Notes: a model not told the origin generated them from the sequence alone. A DNA stretch of 64,000 nt from Isurus oxyrinchus (GCA_026770705.1 JANJGN010000052.1:806001-870000); one strand, 5' to 3'; positions 24,578 through 37,644 are shown, counted from the first letter of the stretch. Numbers and translations: made by a program.

Positions 24578-24874
24578 CTTGCACAGTTAGTACGAGGGTC
24601 CGCTCCGATGAAACAGATGGATATCTCACTCTGCAGCTGAGTGTGTGTCCGTGGTGTTTGAGTGATGGGATCAGGGTCAGAACAGAAGTATAGGTCAGAG
24701 TGACACCATGCTGAGTTACAGTGTTTGAGACTGATCCAGGTACGTCAGTGGGAGTGTCCCAGGTTAAGACAGGTGCTGCTGTTCCATTGCACGTTGTGTT
24801 GAAGGTGCAGCTTACATCCACACGCTTTCCTGCAATAATTTCAGCAGGGAATATCATGGGTTTATCTGTGAAAT
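24578..24874 (-). CDS. Siglec-like gene B, first C2-set exon (C2a)
   Basis: 297 nt, phase 1-1; DFTDKP..VSCTFNTTCNGTAAPVLTW..YTSVLTLIPS..HGHTLSCRV. The extra Cys matches the Siglec V-C2 interdomain bond. Confidence 0.92.
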
Positions 24875-25732
24875 CTAACAGACAGAGAATGGATCCTTTT
24901 AGAGAAATATAACGTGAAGCATCAGTTCAAATAGAAACCACAGTCCCACAAGAGAAAGCACTTTTACAAGGATGATATCAGAACTGAGAGGTTACAATGA
25001 TCAGGAAAGATTTTCTTGTTCTTTGGCAGTAGTGTTTCTGTCTCTCAGCTTAATACACGTTCACTCCGAGACATGTGAATTGAGAACACTGGATGAGAGA
25101 AGAGGCTCAGACCAGAGATTGGAGTTAAAAGCAGAATACTGCGGATGCTGGAAATCTGAAACAAAAACAAAAATTGCTGGAAAGACTCAGCAGGTCTGAC
25201 AGTATCAGTGGAGAGGAAGACAGGGTTAACGTTTCGAGTTCGTATGACTCTTCATCAGACCAGAGGTTTGAGTTCACTGGCTTCTCATTTCCTCAGTGAT
25301 CTGGGTGATTTATCACCTTGTGGTTTGTTGGATCTTGCTGTGCACAAACTGACTGCTGTGTTTAACATCTGTGACTACAATTCAGGAATAATTTCATTGG
25401 CTGTGAAGGGATTTGGATCCTCCTGAGGTGGTAAATTGCGCTGCAGAAATGCACATCTTTCTTTTATCGATAAGTCAGACTTTTAAACAGGACAGGAGAG
25501 ATTGATGGGAGTGGATAACCTGATAATACAGTTAATGCTTTTCATCAGTGATATTAAAGTGATTTTAGAGGTTGCTTTAGGACTGAACTGGAAGCTGTCA
25601 GCAGGTTATTGAGAATCAGACAGTGTGTTATAATAAGCTGTGTTTTGTGTTAATATGTAAATGTCACAGTTTGTGTTATTTCCCATTGAGAGTTGAAAGT
25701 GAATTGTTGAGTAATTATAACACAGCACGTAC

Positions 25733-26098
25733 CAGAAACGTGAAGCTGGCTTACAGGATAGTAGCTGTATTTATTTCTGCTGTCAAATTCTATTCTGAAA
25801 AAATAAGGTCCTGCATCTTCCCGTCTGATGTTGTTTATAATCAGGGAACAGTCACCATCTTTCATGTCTCCAGACAGCCGGGTCCGATGGTGGAACCGAG
25901 GTAACTCGTGACTGTGATCCTTGGAGTGAAAGGCTATAGACGATGTTCTCCATTCCTCATTAGTAAACCAGATTCCAACTCGTGGTTGCTTTTCCAAATG
26001 TGATGGATAACTGTAATGACATGGAATCTGTACACAGGAACCTTCCTGCGCTGTCACCTCTCGTGGAGTGTCACCTTTCCACTCTTGTGACAGTCCAA
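25733..26098 (-). CDS. Siglec-like gene B, V-set sialic-acid-binding exon
   Basis: 366 nt, phase 1-1. EW..GSCVQIPC..GDCSL..DAGPYFFRIE..NKYSY shows the B-E strand Cys pair, no F-strand Cys, and the essential Arg. Confidence 0.93.
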
Positions 26099-27460
26099 CT
26101 GTGGAGAGAAATATCAATACTTAATTCTGGATGTTTTTTCAATCCATTAGACTTGATATCCACCCCCTCCATCACTGGGGCACATTGGCTGCAGTGTGGA
26201 TCATCTACAGGACACACAAGGAACTCCTCAAGGTTTCACAATGGATGGAAGAGAATCCTGGACGCAGGAGTGGACAAGTTCATTCTACATTAGCTCATGG
26301 TCCTCAGGACACTGTTTAGCTTTTTTTCAAATTATTCATTCATGGGATTTATTACCCATCCCATGTCCATCAGAGGTATTTAAGAGTCAACCACATAGCT
26401 TTGGGTTTGAAGTGACATGTAGGCCAGACTGGGTAAGAGTGGCAGATTTCCTTCCCTATAGGTGATCAGTGAACCAGGCTTTTTAATCCCATTCATCTGC
26501 TGTGATAGGATTCACACCCAGGGCCCCAGAGCATCACCCTGGGCCTCTGGAATACTAGCCCAGTGACAATACCTCTCTGCTACCACTTCCCCTTAGTGAA
26601 GCCAGTCTTCCACCCAACACAGTGTCTACAAGACGCACCAATTGAGATCCATTCAGTGCTGATTTACAAGACAGGACAATGGATTAGGAGCCCTCAGAAC
26701 TCCCCCCATTATCACCGTCATGAATCACTAATTAGCCTAACATTCCTGTCTGCTCTTCAACACAGCTGATTGGCTAATCTGATTCAATCTGATTGGTGTT
26801 CATTCCCTCTTCAATGTTTAAGGAATCACCAATCACTCGGCCTCTAGTTATTCTCCTGCCCACAAGAGGGAACATTCTCTGTCTACCCAGTCAATCAAAA
26901 CCTTTCATCTAAACCTAGTGGTGCTTGAGTATATAGTCGGGAATCCAGGGCAATGGAGCCTCAGGAGAAGAGATGGAAACCCTGTGAGGTGGAACGTCAC
27001 TGAGGCCATCCGAGTTGAAGCGACTTTTGGAGAGAATTCCGAGGCAAGATCTTCGAAGTTGAAGACTGGAATCCCTCATGAGAGAAACAGAGTTTCAGTG
27101 AGATTGGTTGACTGACAGTGTTCACTGATGTCCGGGTGGGTTGTTGTGAAATCCATGGGATCTGTCTTGGTCGCGTTTACAATTTAATGAGTAATGTGGC
27201 TGTGAGACCACAGTTTGCCTGTTAATTCACATGAGCTCATATTAACCCAGCATGTTAGGGTATAAGGTGGACATTGTGAATTATTTTATCTTTCTGAGCT
27301 GGTGCAGTAAAGTTTATTTTTGTTTGTTTAAAAGCCATGGAATCTTGTAGCTCTATTCTCTTTGCAAGCGTCTTAAATCTCAAACCTCGTCTACTTGAAA
27401 CAAAATATTATTGGTTCCTAACTGTAAATTATCAAAAAAAATTGGGTGCCTGTTCCTCCA

Positions 27461-28685
27461 TCAGCAACTCTTCAGAATCCTGCTGAAGTCACGGATATTT
27501 CAGAAGGACAGGGAACAAGAGGTTTCTGGTATGAGCGTTTTGTGTGGGGCCCAGTTCAGTTTGAACAAATAAACAACACCATCTTTGAAAGTCATGAACC
27601 CACCACAGCGGCACCTCCGACACATGCAGAGCTCAGGCGAGAGGCGCTTTGTTAGTGTGTTTCACAGTGTCTGCTGGAGTAGGGTCAGTGCTGAGAGGGT
27701 CTGCTCAAGGATCATAACAACCTGCACTTGCACCTTCCAAGTAATAAGATTTTGTAAATGTATTCATTCATGGGATGTGGGCGTCGCTGCCAAGGCCAGC
27801 ATTTGCTGCCCATCTCTAATGTCCCGTGACATAATCTCTGTAGCAGAGTAGAGACAATCATGATCACTCAGGATATTTGACATCTATCCACATGAGCAGC
27901 TTAGGCTTCCTTCTCTCTTTCAGTTATCTTACTCCCTTATTGAAGTTTCTAGCATGGTGAGAACTGGATGGTTTGCTCGGACATTTCAGAGGAACCACGT
28001 TGCTATGAGTCTGGAGTCACATGTAGGCCAGACCAGATATAGACGGCAGATTTCCTTCCCTAAAGGCCATTAGTGAACCAGATGGGTGTGTATGACAATC
28101 GATGATAGTTTCATGGTCTCCATTACTGAGACTAACTCTCATTAGTGTAAACAGAGTGAACAGTTTTCCATTGATCCCACCTTTCCCGTTCTCTCCGGTG
28201 TTTTACACACTATTGCTCGATAATTTGATTCTGCCAAGGACCCCTTGGAAAATCATGGACCCCAGTTAGACAACCAATGGAATAAGGAATCTCTTTGGAT
28301 TCTCATTGTCTAAGGAATCTCTTTGGATTCTCATTGTCGAAGGAATCTCTTTGGATCCTCATTGTCTAAGGGATTATTTCTGATCCAAACCCTATATTGT
28401 TGTATTGTTGATTCCGATGCAGCATTGTAGACTGACTTGTCCCCAAGCTCAGCACTGACCCTACTCCAGCAGACCCTGTGAAACACACTAACAAAGCGCC
28501 TCTAGCCTGAGCTCTGCATGTGTCGGAGTTGCCGCTGTGGTGGGTTCATGAATTTCAAAGATGCTGTTGTCATTTGTTTTGTTCAAACTGAACTGGGCCC
28601 CACATGAAACGCTGATACCAGAAACCTCTTGTTCCCTGTCCTTCTGAAACATCTGTGATTCAGCAGGATTCTGAAGATTTGCTGA
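27461..28685. repeat. ~235-bp inverted repeat (27461-27695 / 28448-28685) in the gene B leader-V intron
   Basis: Reverse-complement match; ORFs 27446-27655(+) and 28488-28958(-) both end HEPTTAAxPTHAELRxEALC. Confidence 0.9.
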
Positions 28686-29558
28686 CAAGGTTCTTAAATT
28701 GTCTGATTGTTGAATGATATAACACAGGAGGAGCTTGTTTGACCCATCGTGCATGTGCTGACTCTTTCCCAATTCCTCTCCAGCACCTTTCGCACATCCC
28801 TGCAAATTTCCCTTCAAGTATTTATCCAGTTCCCCTTCTGAAAGTTCCTGTTGAATCTGCTTCCACCGCCCTTTCAGGCAGTGAGTCAATGGTCTCTCTC
28901 TGAGCTGCAAAGTGCTCAGATTCTGTGAAATTTGAACTCTGCAGCAGATCAGAATCAATCATGATAACTCAGAATATTTGACAGTTTTACACACAGACAG
29001 CTTTGCCTCCCTTCTCTCTTTCAGTTATCTTGCTCCCTTATTGAAGTATCTAGCAAGGTGAGAATGGACAGGAAGTGTGACACTGAACAGCCTGTCTATT
29101 CTAGGAGCTGCTGTGTTGTCTTCATGGGAAGTTTTGAATAAAGGCAGCAAAGGACACAAATTTCAGGTTATTGCTATCGGATAACTCTCATTAGGATAGG
29201 CTTCACCCACCAGGTTTTATCCCTGCTTCTCTATTCAATCCATCAATCCCCATTGCTCACTGACCAACGTCTGACAGCACCTGAATTTTGAGATTCTGCT
29301 CTCGCTGCTACAAACCTGCCTATCCCTGTACACTTCTCCAGCCCCTACAACACTCCAAGGCCTCTGCTGTCCTCCAATTCTGCTGTCAGACAGGGTGTCA
29401 GTGTATATCAGTGAGCAGAGGAGTGATGGATGAATGGGACATAGTGTGAGTTTGTACACTGGCTCACTGCTAAATCAGTTCCCAATTCGAGGTCAATAAG
29501 AATGATCTTTTACAAAGACTATTAACCATAAGTCTGTCCGAGCTGATGATGATATTAC

Positions 29559-29598
29559 CTTGGAGAAGTGACAGGAGGAAGTAAGATTTCCCGATCAT
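29559..29598 (-). CDS. Siglec-like gene B, leader (signal peptide) coding exon
   Basis: Encodes MIGKSYFLLSLLQ+G|gtaata (phase 1), joining the V exon as VGLSQEW. Acceptor at 29641-29642. Confidence 0.85.
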
Positions 29599-30030
29599 TG
29601 TCTGCTCCCAGATATTCCTTTAGCTTCTAACTCTGAAGTTCTGAAAGAGAAAGGAGTTAATGAGACTTCACCTCTTGTCCGAATGCTCTCGAGAGATCAG
29701 AACTGCTTTTAGACAATATCTTCACAGACTACTTTGATTCTCTGTGGGATGATAGGTGCTCTGCAGAGAGTTACAAGGCTTTCAGAAAGAAAAACAATGA
29801 AGGACTTGCATTTCTATAGCACCTTTCACCACCTCAGGATGCCCCAAGCTCATGTCCCTTGAGCTAGAAAGATGTTCTGTACAACAGACTTGAGCCTCAC
29901 ACCCAGATCTCAATAATCAGTAGAAATCTTTCAAAGGCATCGATCATTGGAATCTGTCTTTATAAAGTCACAACATCAACAAAGGACGGTGTTGGTGGTG
30001 GAAGTGAATTCCAATCGTTCTGTTATTTAC

Positions 30031-30170
30031 CCAGGACCTGTCCGACTGCTCGCCTGGGGATGAACTGCCCACACGCTCTGCTTGGGCTGAATGACCTCTT
30101 CCTGTGCTGCTCCCTCTGTGTATTTAATTAGAAACGGCTGATGTGTCACTGTGAGACAAAATGAGGAAGT
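30031..30170 (-). promoter_or_regulatory. Gene B noncoding exon 1 and proximal promoter
   Basis: Donor gtaaat after 30031. The exon is conserved in three copies (14983, 19203, 30031). GGAA cores near 30100 and 30165; AT-rich box near 30121. Confidence 0.55.
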
Positions 30171-30269
30171 TGGAACAAAGTGAGTGAACAGCACTTTGCT
30201 GTGCACTGTCAGTAAACCCTGTGTCTGTATAAGAATATAAGAACAGAACAAGTAGGATCAGCTGGACAC

Positions 30270-33180
30270 CCTGACATTTTCACTCCTTATATTCCATCCA
30301 CACATTATTTTATCCACTCACGGAAACTATTTATCTCCCTCTGCAGCCTCTTTGTGTCCTCCTCACAACCAGCTTTCCTGCCCAGGTTATATATTTCCTA
30401 CCTATCTTCACCATACAGTCAGAAAATCTGCCTACAGTACAGTCAGTGTCTTCATCCAAGTCACTAATGTAGATAGTGAATAGTTGAGGCCTCAGCACTG
30501 ATCCCAGTGGCTCTCCACTAGTTACAGTTTACCAAGCTGAAAATCACCCATTTATCCTGGCTCTCTGTTTCCTGTCAGTTAGCCAGTCCTCTATCCATAT
30601 TAATATATCACCCCCAACACCATTCAATTTCACCCTGTGCAGTATCCTTTGATGTGGGACCTTATCGAAAGCCTTTTGGAAATCCAATGTCATGAAGAGA
30701 TATTTGTGTGTAACGTGTGCTTGGAAATAATATTTTCAAATAGAATTCTAGTGGTGGTCCATGTATAGGGGTGTGTCTGTGTGTGTCTTAATTGGATTAA
30801 AGCCAGCTGGTCTGTGTGCTTTGATGTTTAGTAGTTTTGAGATGTTAATTGGGTGAATTGTGAGGAGAACAGTAAAGTGTTCATTTGCAATTGTTGAATA
30901 AACCATTCCAGACTGGGGGTAAAATCTTGCACCTAGTTAGAAGGAGCCAAAAGATGTGTTTTTTCTTGAACTTACTAATGAAATTGGTGCTATGAAAGGG
31001 GGTTTATTGTTCGAAGAGCTGGAGTTCAGAAGACCGAGTGATACAAGGGAAAATTTACATTCAAAGGGAAAGCTAGCTATATAAAGGAAGGAGTTTGTGT
31101 GTGTGAGGCAGGAGCATTTCAGACCTAACCAGCCTGTAGCCTCCAACCAACTTGCAAAGGAACCTCATTCGGAATTCGTAATGTCAAATGTGCTTTGCCT
31201 GGTGTCTATATTATGTCAATGGTTCATTGTTGCCTTAGTAGAGGTTTACGTGGGGTTGATTAATTGGGGATTTGTTAAAGATTTATTATAGTAGTTATTT
31301 GTAGCCAATGTGTATGTGTTAAATTTGTTGTTAAATTAATAAATGGTTTATTTAGTTTTATATAAAAAAACCCACAAGTCTCGGTGGTCTAATTCCTACT
31401 GAATTCAAAGTCTTCATCTCGAAATTACAAACAGCAACGTTGGGTTACGACAGTTGTTTCAATTTTCCCTCTGGGATTTGAACAACTCAGCCTTTACCCT
31501 TGGCTGTGTCATAGTCCCTAATACACCACATCTACAGGTTCCAATTTATCCAATCCACTTGTTACATCCTCGAGGAAATCTAATTATTTTTTCAAACATG
31601 ATATCCCTTTCACAAACCCATGTTGACTCTGTCTGATTGAATTATGGTTTTCTAAATGTCCTGCTGCTCCCTCCTTCATAATGAATTCTGGTATTTTCTC
31701 AATGACAGATATTAGACTAACTGACCTGTGGTTTCTTGCTTTCTGCCTCCTCCCTTTATTGAACAGAAATGTTTCATTTATGTTTTTCCAATCCGCTGGG
31801 ACCTTCCCATAATCTAAGGAATTCTGGAAGATTACAACCAATGCATCCACCGTCTCTGCAGCCATTTCCTTTCAGACCCTCACATTCAGGCCGTCTGCTC
31901 CATGGGACTTGTCAGCATTTGTCTCATTAGTTTTCTTAATACTTTTTCTCTGGTGATAGTGATTGTTTTATGTTCCTCCCTCCTTGTTGCACCGTGACTT
32001 TCTCCTGCTATTGGGATGGTTTTAGAGATTTTTACTGTGAAGACAGACACAAAATTCTTGTTGGAAGTATCTGTCATTTCCTGTTTCCCATTATTAATTC
32101 CCCAGTCTGATTTTCTCTGTGTCCCATTATTACTGGAGCTTCTCTCTTATTTTAATGTACAACATCTCACTGTCATTATTTATGGTTCTTGCTAGTTTAC
32201 TCTCATATCATCATTTCTGCCTCCTTATATTTCTCCCCTCACTTTTCTGGTTTCTCAAATATTCCCAATCTCCAGCCTATCACTAAGCATCCCAACATTG
32301 CCGGCTTTATCTCACAATTGGATACCGTCCTTAGCTTCCTGAGTTAGCCGCCGATGCTCCATCCTTTTTATAGATTCTTTCTTTCTTACTGGAAAATATC
32401 TTCATTGGAATTTATGAAACATCTCTTTAGACGCCTGTTACTCCTCATCTACCTCCATCCCCCCTTTAACCTGCTGTCCCACTCTACTTGGGCCGACTCT
32501 ACTTTTAACCCTTGTAATTGCCTTTAGTTAAGTTTATGACACTAGCTTCAGACCCAAGTTTCCAAATTGAATATTAAATTTCAACACCGTATGATTACTC
32601 TTCCCTTGAGGATCCTTTACAATGAGATGTTAATTAGTCTTGTCTCATTAAACATTGCCAGGACTAAAACAGCCTCTACCCTGGTTGGTTCCATGTTGCA
32701 TTGTTCTAAAATACTGTCCTGAATACAATCTGTATAACCTCGCTGAAAGCTACATTTGCTAATCTGATTTGTCTAATCCATATGACGATTGAAAACTCCC
32801 ATGATTAATGTGGTGCCTTTCTCATAAACCTCCTCATGTATTGATTTATAATCTACCCCTGCAGTGTAACTACATTCAGGGGGGAGTATAAACCAACCCA
32901 CCAGTGATTTCTTTCCCTTGCAATTCCTTATGTTCACCCAAACTGACTGTGCATCTTGACATCTGAGCCAAAATCATTTCTCACTACTTTACAGGTCTCA
33001 TCTTTTATTAACAGAGCGACCCCACCTCCTTTTCATTTTTCCTATCCTTTCAAAGATTCCAAATATCCTTCAATTTTCAATTTCCAACCTTGGTCACTTT
33101 GCAACCAACTCTCTGCAGTGTCCATCTTATCGTACCCATTAATCTCTATTTGTGCTATAACTTCATTCATTTGTTCCAAC
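30270..33180 (-). mobile_element. Degenerate CR1 LINE (antisense), interrupted by an LTR-like element
   Basis: ALVVIFQNSLDYGKVPADWK..SQHGFVKG.SCL in ORF 31584-31865. Confidence 0.8.
30688..31513 (+). mobile_element. Solo-LTR-like insertion
   Basis: Ends tgtcatga...gtgtcata, splits the CR1 at ggaaatccaa, and is homologous to 35134-35884. Confidence 0.6.
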
Positions 33181-34326
33181 TTTATGTTTTATATATTCAT
33201 TCTTCCATGGGAAGTGGGCATCACTGGCTAGGCCAGCATTTATGGCCCATCCTTAATTACCTTGAGAAGGTGGTGGTGAGCTGCCTTCCGGACCCTCTGC
33301 ACTCCATGTGGTGTAGGTACACCTACAATGCTGTTAGAGAAGGAAGTCCAAGATTTTGACCCTAGTGGCAGTGAAGGAATGGCGATATATTTCAAAATCA
33401 GGATGATGTGTGTCTTGGAGGCGAACTTCCAGGTGGTGGTGTCTGGGCATTTCAATCCCTTGTGACAATAAATGTAATATTATAGAAAATGCAAAGGCTT
33501 CTTGTAATCTATCACAGAATAAACAAGTTGCAGAATTCAGAAAGCACTTTCTGAAATGTCAACAAAGTTCAGTGACATCACATTTCTGCTAATTACTATT
33601 CGGCCATGTTGGCTGCACGCAGTCAGGCAGTCCCTCGGTTGTGATGTGTCCACACAGCAGTACTGGGATGCATCAGCATCAAAGGACATGCTTAGTTGTT
33701 GCCGTGCAATGCATTTATTGCGAGGCTGTTGCACACACGCCCTGTCGATGGACCCTCCGAATTACCATTCTGAATCGAGGCAAATCAACTTTCCTGCAAC
33801 AACTTGCATTTATATGGCACACTTAATGTAACAAACTGTCCCCAATCTCTTCAGGGGATTGTTACCTACATATAAATCCATCTCAGAGACACATAATGAG
33901 GTATTAGGGACAGGTGACAAAAAGCTGATTTCACAAAGCCAGTTAATNNNNNNNNNNNNNNNNNNNNNNNNNNNNNNNNNNNNNNNNNNNNNNNNNNNNN
34001 NNNNNNNNNNNNNNNNNNNNNNNNNNNNNNNNNNNNNNNNNNNNNNNNNNNNNNNNNNNNNNNNNNNNNNNNNNNNNNNNNNNNNNNNNNNNNNNNNNNN
34101 NNNNNNNNNNNNNNNNNNNNNNNNNNNACTGAATCTCTGTCCCCAATGACTCAGCATCAAGTCGTCACTGGGGAAACATTTCATTCCAAACCACACCAAC
34201 CACAGACCCATTCAGTCCCTTCCTCCCTCTCTCCCCCTCTCCCCCAGTGGGTTGTCTCATGTTCCCAAGAATCTTCATCCCTGCCACCATCCACAAACCT
34301 CCTGACCACCTCTGCCTTTTTCACGC

Positions 34327-34575
34327 TCAGTTTCTCTTGAATCTGATCTGTGCGTATTCCGTCTGCTCTTCCCTGTGGACAGACCCATCACCACTGGGCA
34401 CCCTGAAGACTTGGGGATTGGCGTAGAGAAACTCGTCGGGATTGTCGGGGTTCCCATGTCCAGCATTGCCTCCCACTGCACATTCAGAGACACCCCGGGG
34501 AGCTGGGGTCTCCCCCTCGCTAGTTGTGTCTCTGGTTGTGTTCCGGGGCTCAGTAATCAGCACGTTCTGTTTACC
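34327..34575 (-). CDS. Orphan Siglec-type terminal cytoplasmic exon
   Basis: ctctgtag|GKQNVLITEP...EFLYANPQV...TEYAQIRFKRN*, phase 0. AATAAA(-) at 33714-33719. Confidence 0.8.
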   Translation of the reverse strand, partial: GKQNVLITEPRNTTRDTTSEGETPAPRGVSECAVGGNAGHGNPDNPDEFLYANPQVFRVPSGDGSVHREEQTEYAQIRFKRN

Positions 34576-35133
34576 CTACAGAGAAATGGAAACAGAAGGC
34601 ATCCTCACATCATTTACTGGCACTGATAGGGTTAAAATATTCTGCAGCCTCGTTAGTGTCAGTCGTGGGTCAGTGGGTTTAACCCTCTCTCACATGTCTT
34701 ATGAAAGAAAACACCTATGGCAGTGCAGTGCTCCCTCAGTACTGACCCTTCGATAGTGCAGCACTTCCTCAATGCTGACCATCCAACAGTGCAGCACTCC
34801 CTCAGTACTGACCCTCCGACAGTGCAGCGCTCCCTCAGTACTGACCCTCCAGCAGTGCAGCGCTCCCTCAGTACTGACCCTCCGACAGTACAGGTCTTCC
34901 TCAGTACTGACCCTCTGACAGTGCAACACACCCTCAGTACTGACCCTCTGACAGTGCAGCACTCCCTCAGTACTGACCCTCTGTCAGTCTCGCACTCCCT
35001 CGGTAATGGCTCTGGCGAGTGTCGGCTTGGATTCTGCACTCAGGTGCCTGGTGTGAGGCTCAATAACATGAATCTTGTAATCAGAGAGAGGATGAGAGAG
35101 AGAGAGAGAGAGATGAAGGGTCAGAGACTGAGC

Positions 35134-35884
35134 GTTATGAATCTATTAATGTATGTAATGTAATTGGAAATTGTCTATTTAAAAAGAGGTTTAGTCTGTG
35201 GGTGTGTCTGTGTGTGTTTTAATTGGATTAAAGCCAGCCAGTCTGGGTATTTGATGTATAGTAGTTTTGAGATGTAAACTGAGGCATAAAAATTTGTATT
35301 TTTAAACAGAGCATTCAAAACCTGAGAGTGAAATCTTAAACCAATCAACATTTATTTTATTGATAAAATTGATACTATGACAGAGGATTTATTGTTTGAA
35401 GGAATGGAGTTCAAAGGTCCTGATGATACAATGAGAATTTACATTGAAAGAGAAGCACTGGGTATAACTTGAGCAGTTTTGTGTGTGCAGAGCAGAGGCT
35501 TGTAACATCAAAGCAGCTGTAAGCCTACACCTGTCTGCAAAGGAACCAAAGTGAAAGGAACCTCATTTGGAATTTGTGAGGTGAAAATGCTTCGCTTGGA
35601 ATCTGCTTAAAGTCTATGGGTTGTCTTAGAGGACGTTAGTTTGGGAATTTGTTAAAAAGTTATGATAGTACTAGCTTGTAGCCATGTGCATATGATTAAC
35701 TTGTGAAAATTAATAAATGTCTCATGTAGTTTGATATAAACCCATCTCAAGAACTGATGGTCTTATTCCTGAATTTAGAGCTGCATCTCAAACATTCCAC
35801 TGGGAAATATAGGTTATGACAGTTGTTTAAAGTTTCCCTCTGGGATTTTAAACAACAGCCTTTACCAGTTGCTGTGTCATAACA
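35134..35884 (+). mobile_element. Solo-LTR-like insertion
   Basis: Inverted termini gttatga...tcataac; homologous to 30688-31513. Confidence 0.6.
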
Positions 35885-36019
35885 GAGAGACAGCATGATA
35901 CTGAACCATTGCTGACTCCACAGGTACAAATCAGTGGGTAACTGGGCTGGGAATCTGGGACATGTGTTGTCTACACACTGAGATTGAAGCTTTGGAGTGA
36001 GTGTAAACAGCTCCTGTAC

Positions 36020-36101
36020 CTGGTGCTTCACAGAGAGTGGACTGGGGGTCAATACAATGTCACTGGTCCCTGAAACTCTCTCCTCCATTGCTGTCTTTCT
36101 C
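36020..36101 (-). CDS. Juxtamembrane cytoplasmic exon (phase 2-0) upstream of tail exon 34327-34575
   Basis: ttattacag|G RKTAMEERVSGTSDIVLTPSPLSVKHQ|gtacag; phase fits between a TM exon and the phase-0 tail exon. Confidence 0.65.
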
Positions 36102-36234
36102 CTGTAATAACAAAATATCACACTGTGGTTATCATATAGCAGAGAGTCAGTGTAGCACAGACACAGAGCCCACTGTAATCTTAGACCAACGACTGGGACT
36201 GTCTCTTTAAATCAGTTCTATACAAAGCACAGAA

Positions 36235-36700
36235 TCAAGAAGCTTGACACCATCCAGGACAAAGCAGCCCGATTGATCTACACCCCATCCCCCACATTAA
36301 ACATTCACTCCCTCCACAACGAACACACAGTGGAAGCAGTGTGTGTACCATCTACAAGATGCACTGCAGCAACTCAGCAAGGCTCCTTCAACAGCACCTT
36401 CCAAACCCACGACCTCTACCATCTAGAAGGACAAGGGCAGCAGACACATGGGAACACCACCACCTGGAAGTTCCCCTCCAAGCCACTCACCGTCCTGACT
36501 TGGAAATATATCATCGTTCCTTCACTGTCACTGGGTCAAAATCCTGGAACTCCCTCCCTAACAGCACTGTGGGTGTACCTACACCACATGGACTGCAGCG
36601 GGTCAAGAAGGCTGATCACCACCACCTTCTCAAGGGCAATTAGGGATGGGCATTAATGCTGGCATCACCAGTGACAGCCACATTCGATGTAAGAATTAAA
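36235..36700 (+). mobile_element. LINE 3' end
   Basis: KLDTIQDKAA..CTIYKMHCSN..RTRAA..SKSWNSLPNS. Confidence 0.8.
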
Positions 36701-37020
36701 AATCTCACATCTCAATGTATTTATTGGGATCCTCCTGCACACACGCCCTGTCGAAGGAGCCTTTGTGGTTCCATTGTTAATCAAAGCAGATCAGACTTAC
36801 TGCAACTACTTGCATTTATATAGCACCTTTAATGTAGCAAAATGTCCCAAGGCTCATCCGGGAATTGTTAGTCACATCTTCACCTGACTCTGAGGCACAT
36901 GAGGAGATATAAGGGACAGGAGACCAACAGCTGAGTCAACAAAGTCAGTTATTAACGGGCATCTTAAAGGAGGAGCTGGAGATAGAGAATGAGTGACAGA
37001 CACAGAAAGAAAGACAAAGA

Positions 37021-37055
<35 letters not shown>

Positions 37056-37252
37056 TGAATCTCTATCCCCAGTGGCTCAGCATCCAGTCCTCTCTGGAGA
37101 AGCATTTCATTCCAAACCACAGCAACCGCAGCCCAATCGCATCCCTTCCTCCCTCTCTCCCCCTCTCCCCCAGTGGGTTGTTTCCTGTTCCCAGGAATCT
37201 CAATCACTACCCCCACCCTCACACCTCCTCACTCCCACTCCCCATTTCTCAT

Positions 37253-37501
37253 TCAGTTATGCTCGAACCTGATCTGTGCGTATTCCGTCTCCTCTTCCCT
37301 GTGGACAGACCCATCATCACTGGACATCCTCAATACTTGGGGATTGGCGTAGAGAAGGCCGTTGGGATTGTCGATGTGCCAATGTCCAGCATCGCCTCCC
37401 AATGCACCTTCAGAGAGACCCCGGGGAGCTGGGGTCTCCCCCTCACTAGTTGTGTCTCTGGTTGTGTTCTGGGGCTCAGTAATCAGCACGTTCTGTTTAC
37501 C
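37253..37501 (-). CDS. Siglec-type terminal cytoplasmic exon; candidate exon 3 of a HAMP-Siglec chimera
   Basis: ctctgtag|GKQNVLITEPQNTT...LLYANPQV...TEYAQIRFEHN*, phase 0. AATAAA(-) at 36720-36725. Confidence 0.8.
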   Translation of the reverse strand, partial: GKQNVLITEPQNTTRDTTSEGETPAPRGLSEGALGGDAGHWHIDNPNGLLYANPQVLRMSSDDGSVHREEETEYAQIRFEHN

Positions 37502-37644
37502 CTACAGAGAAATGGAAACAGAAGACATCCTCACATTATTTACTGGCACTGATAGGGTTAAATTATTGAGCAGCCTCATTAGTGTCAGTCTTGTCTCAGT
37601 GGGTTTAACCCTCTCTCTCATGTCATCTGAAAGAAACCACCTAT

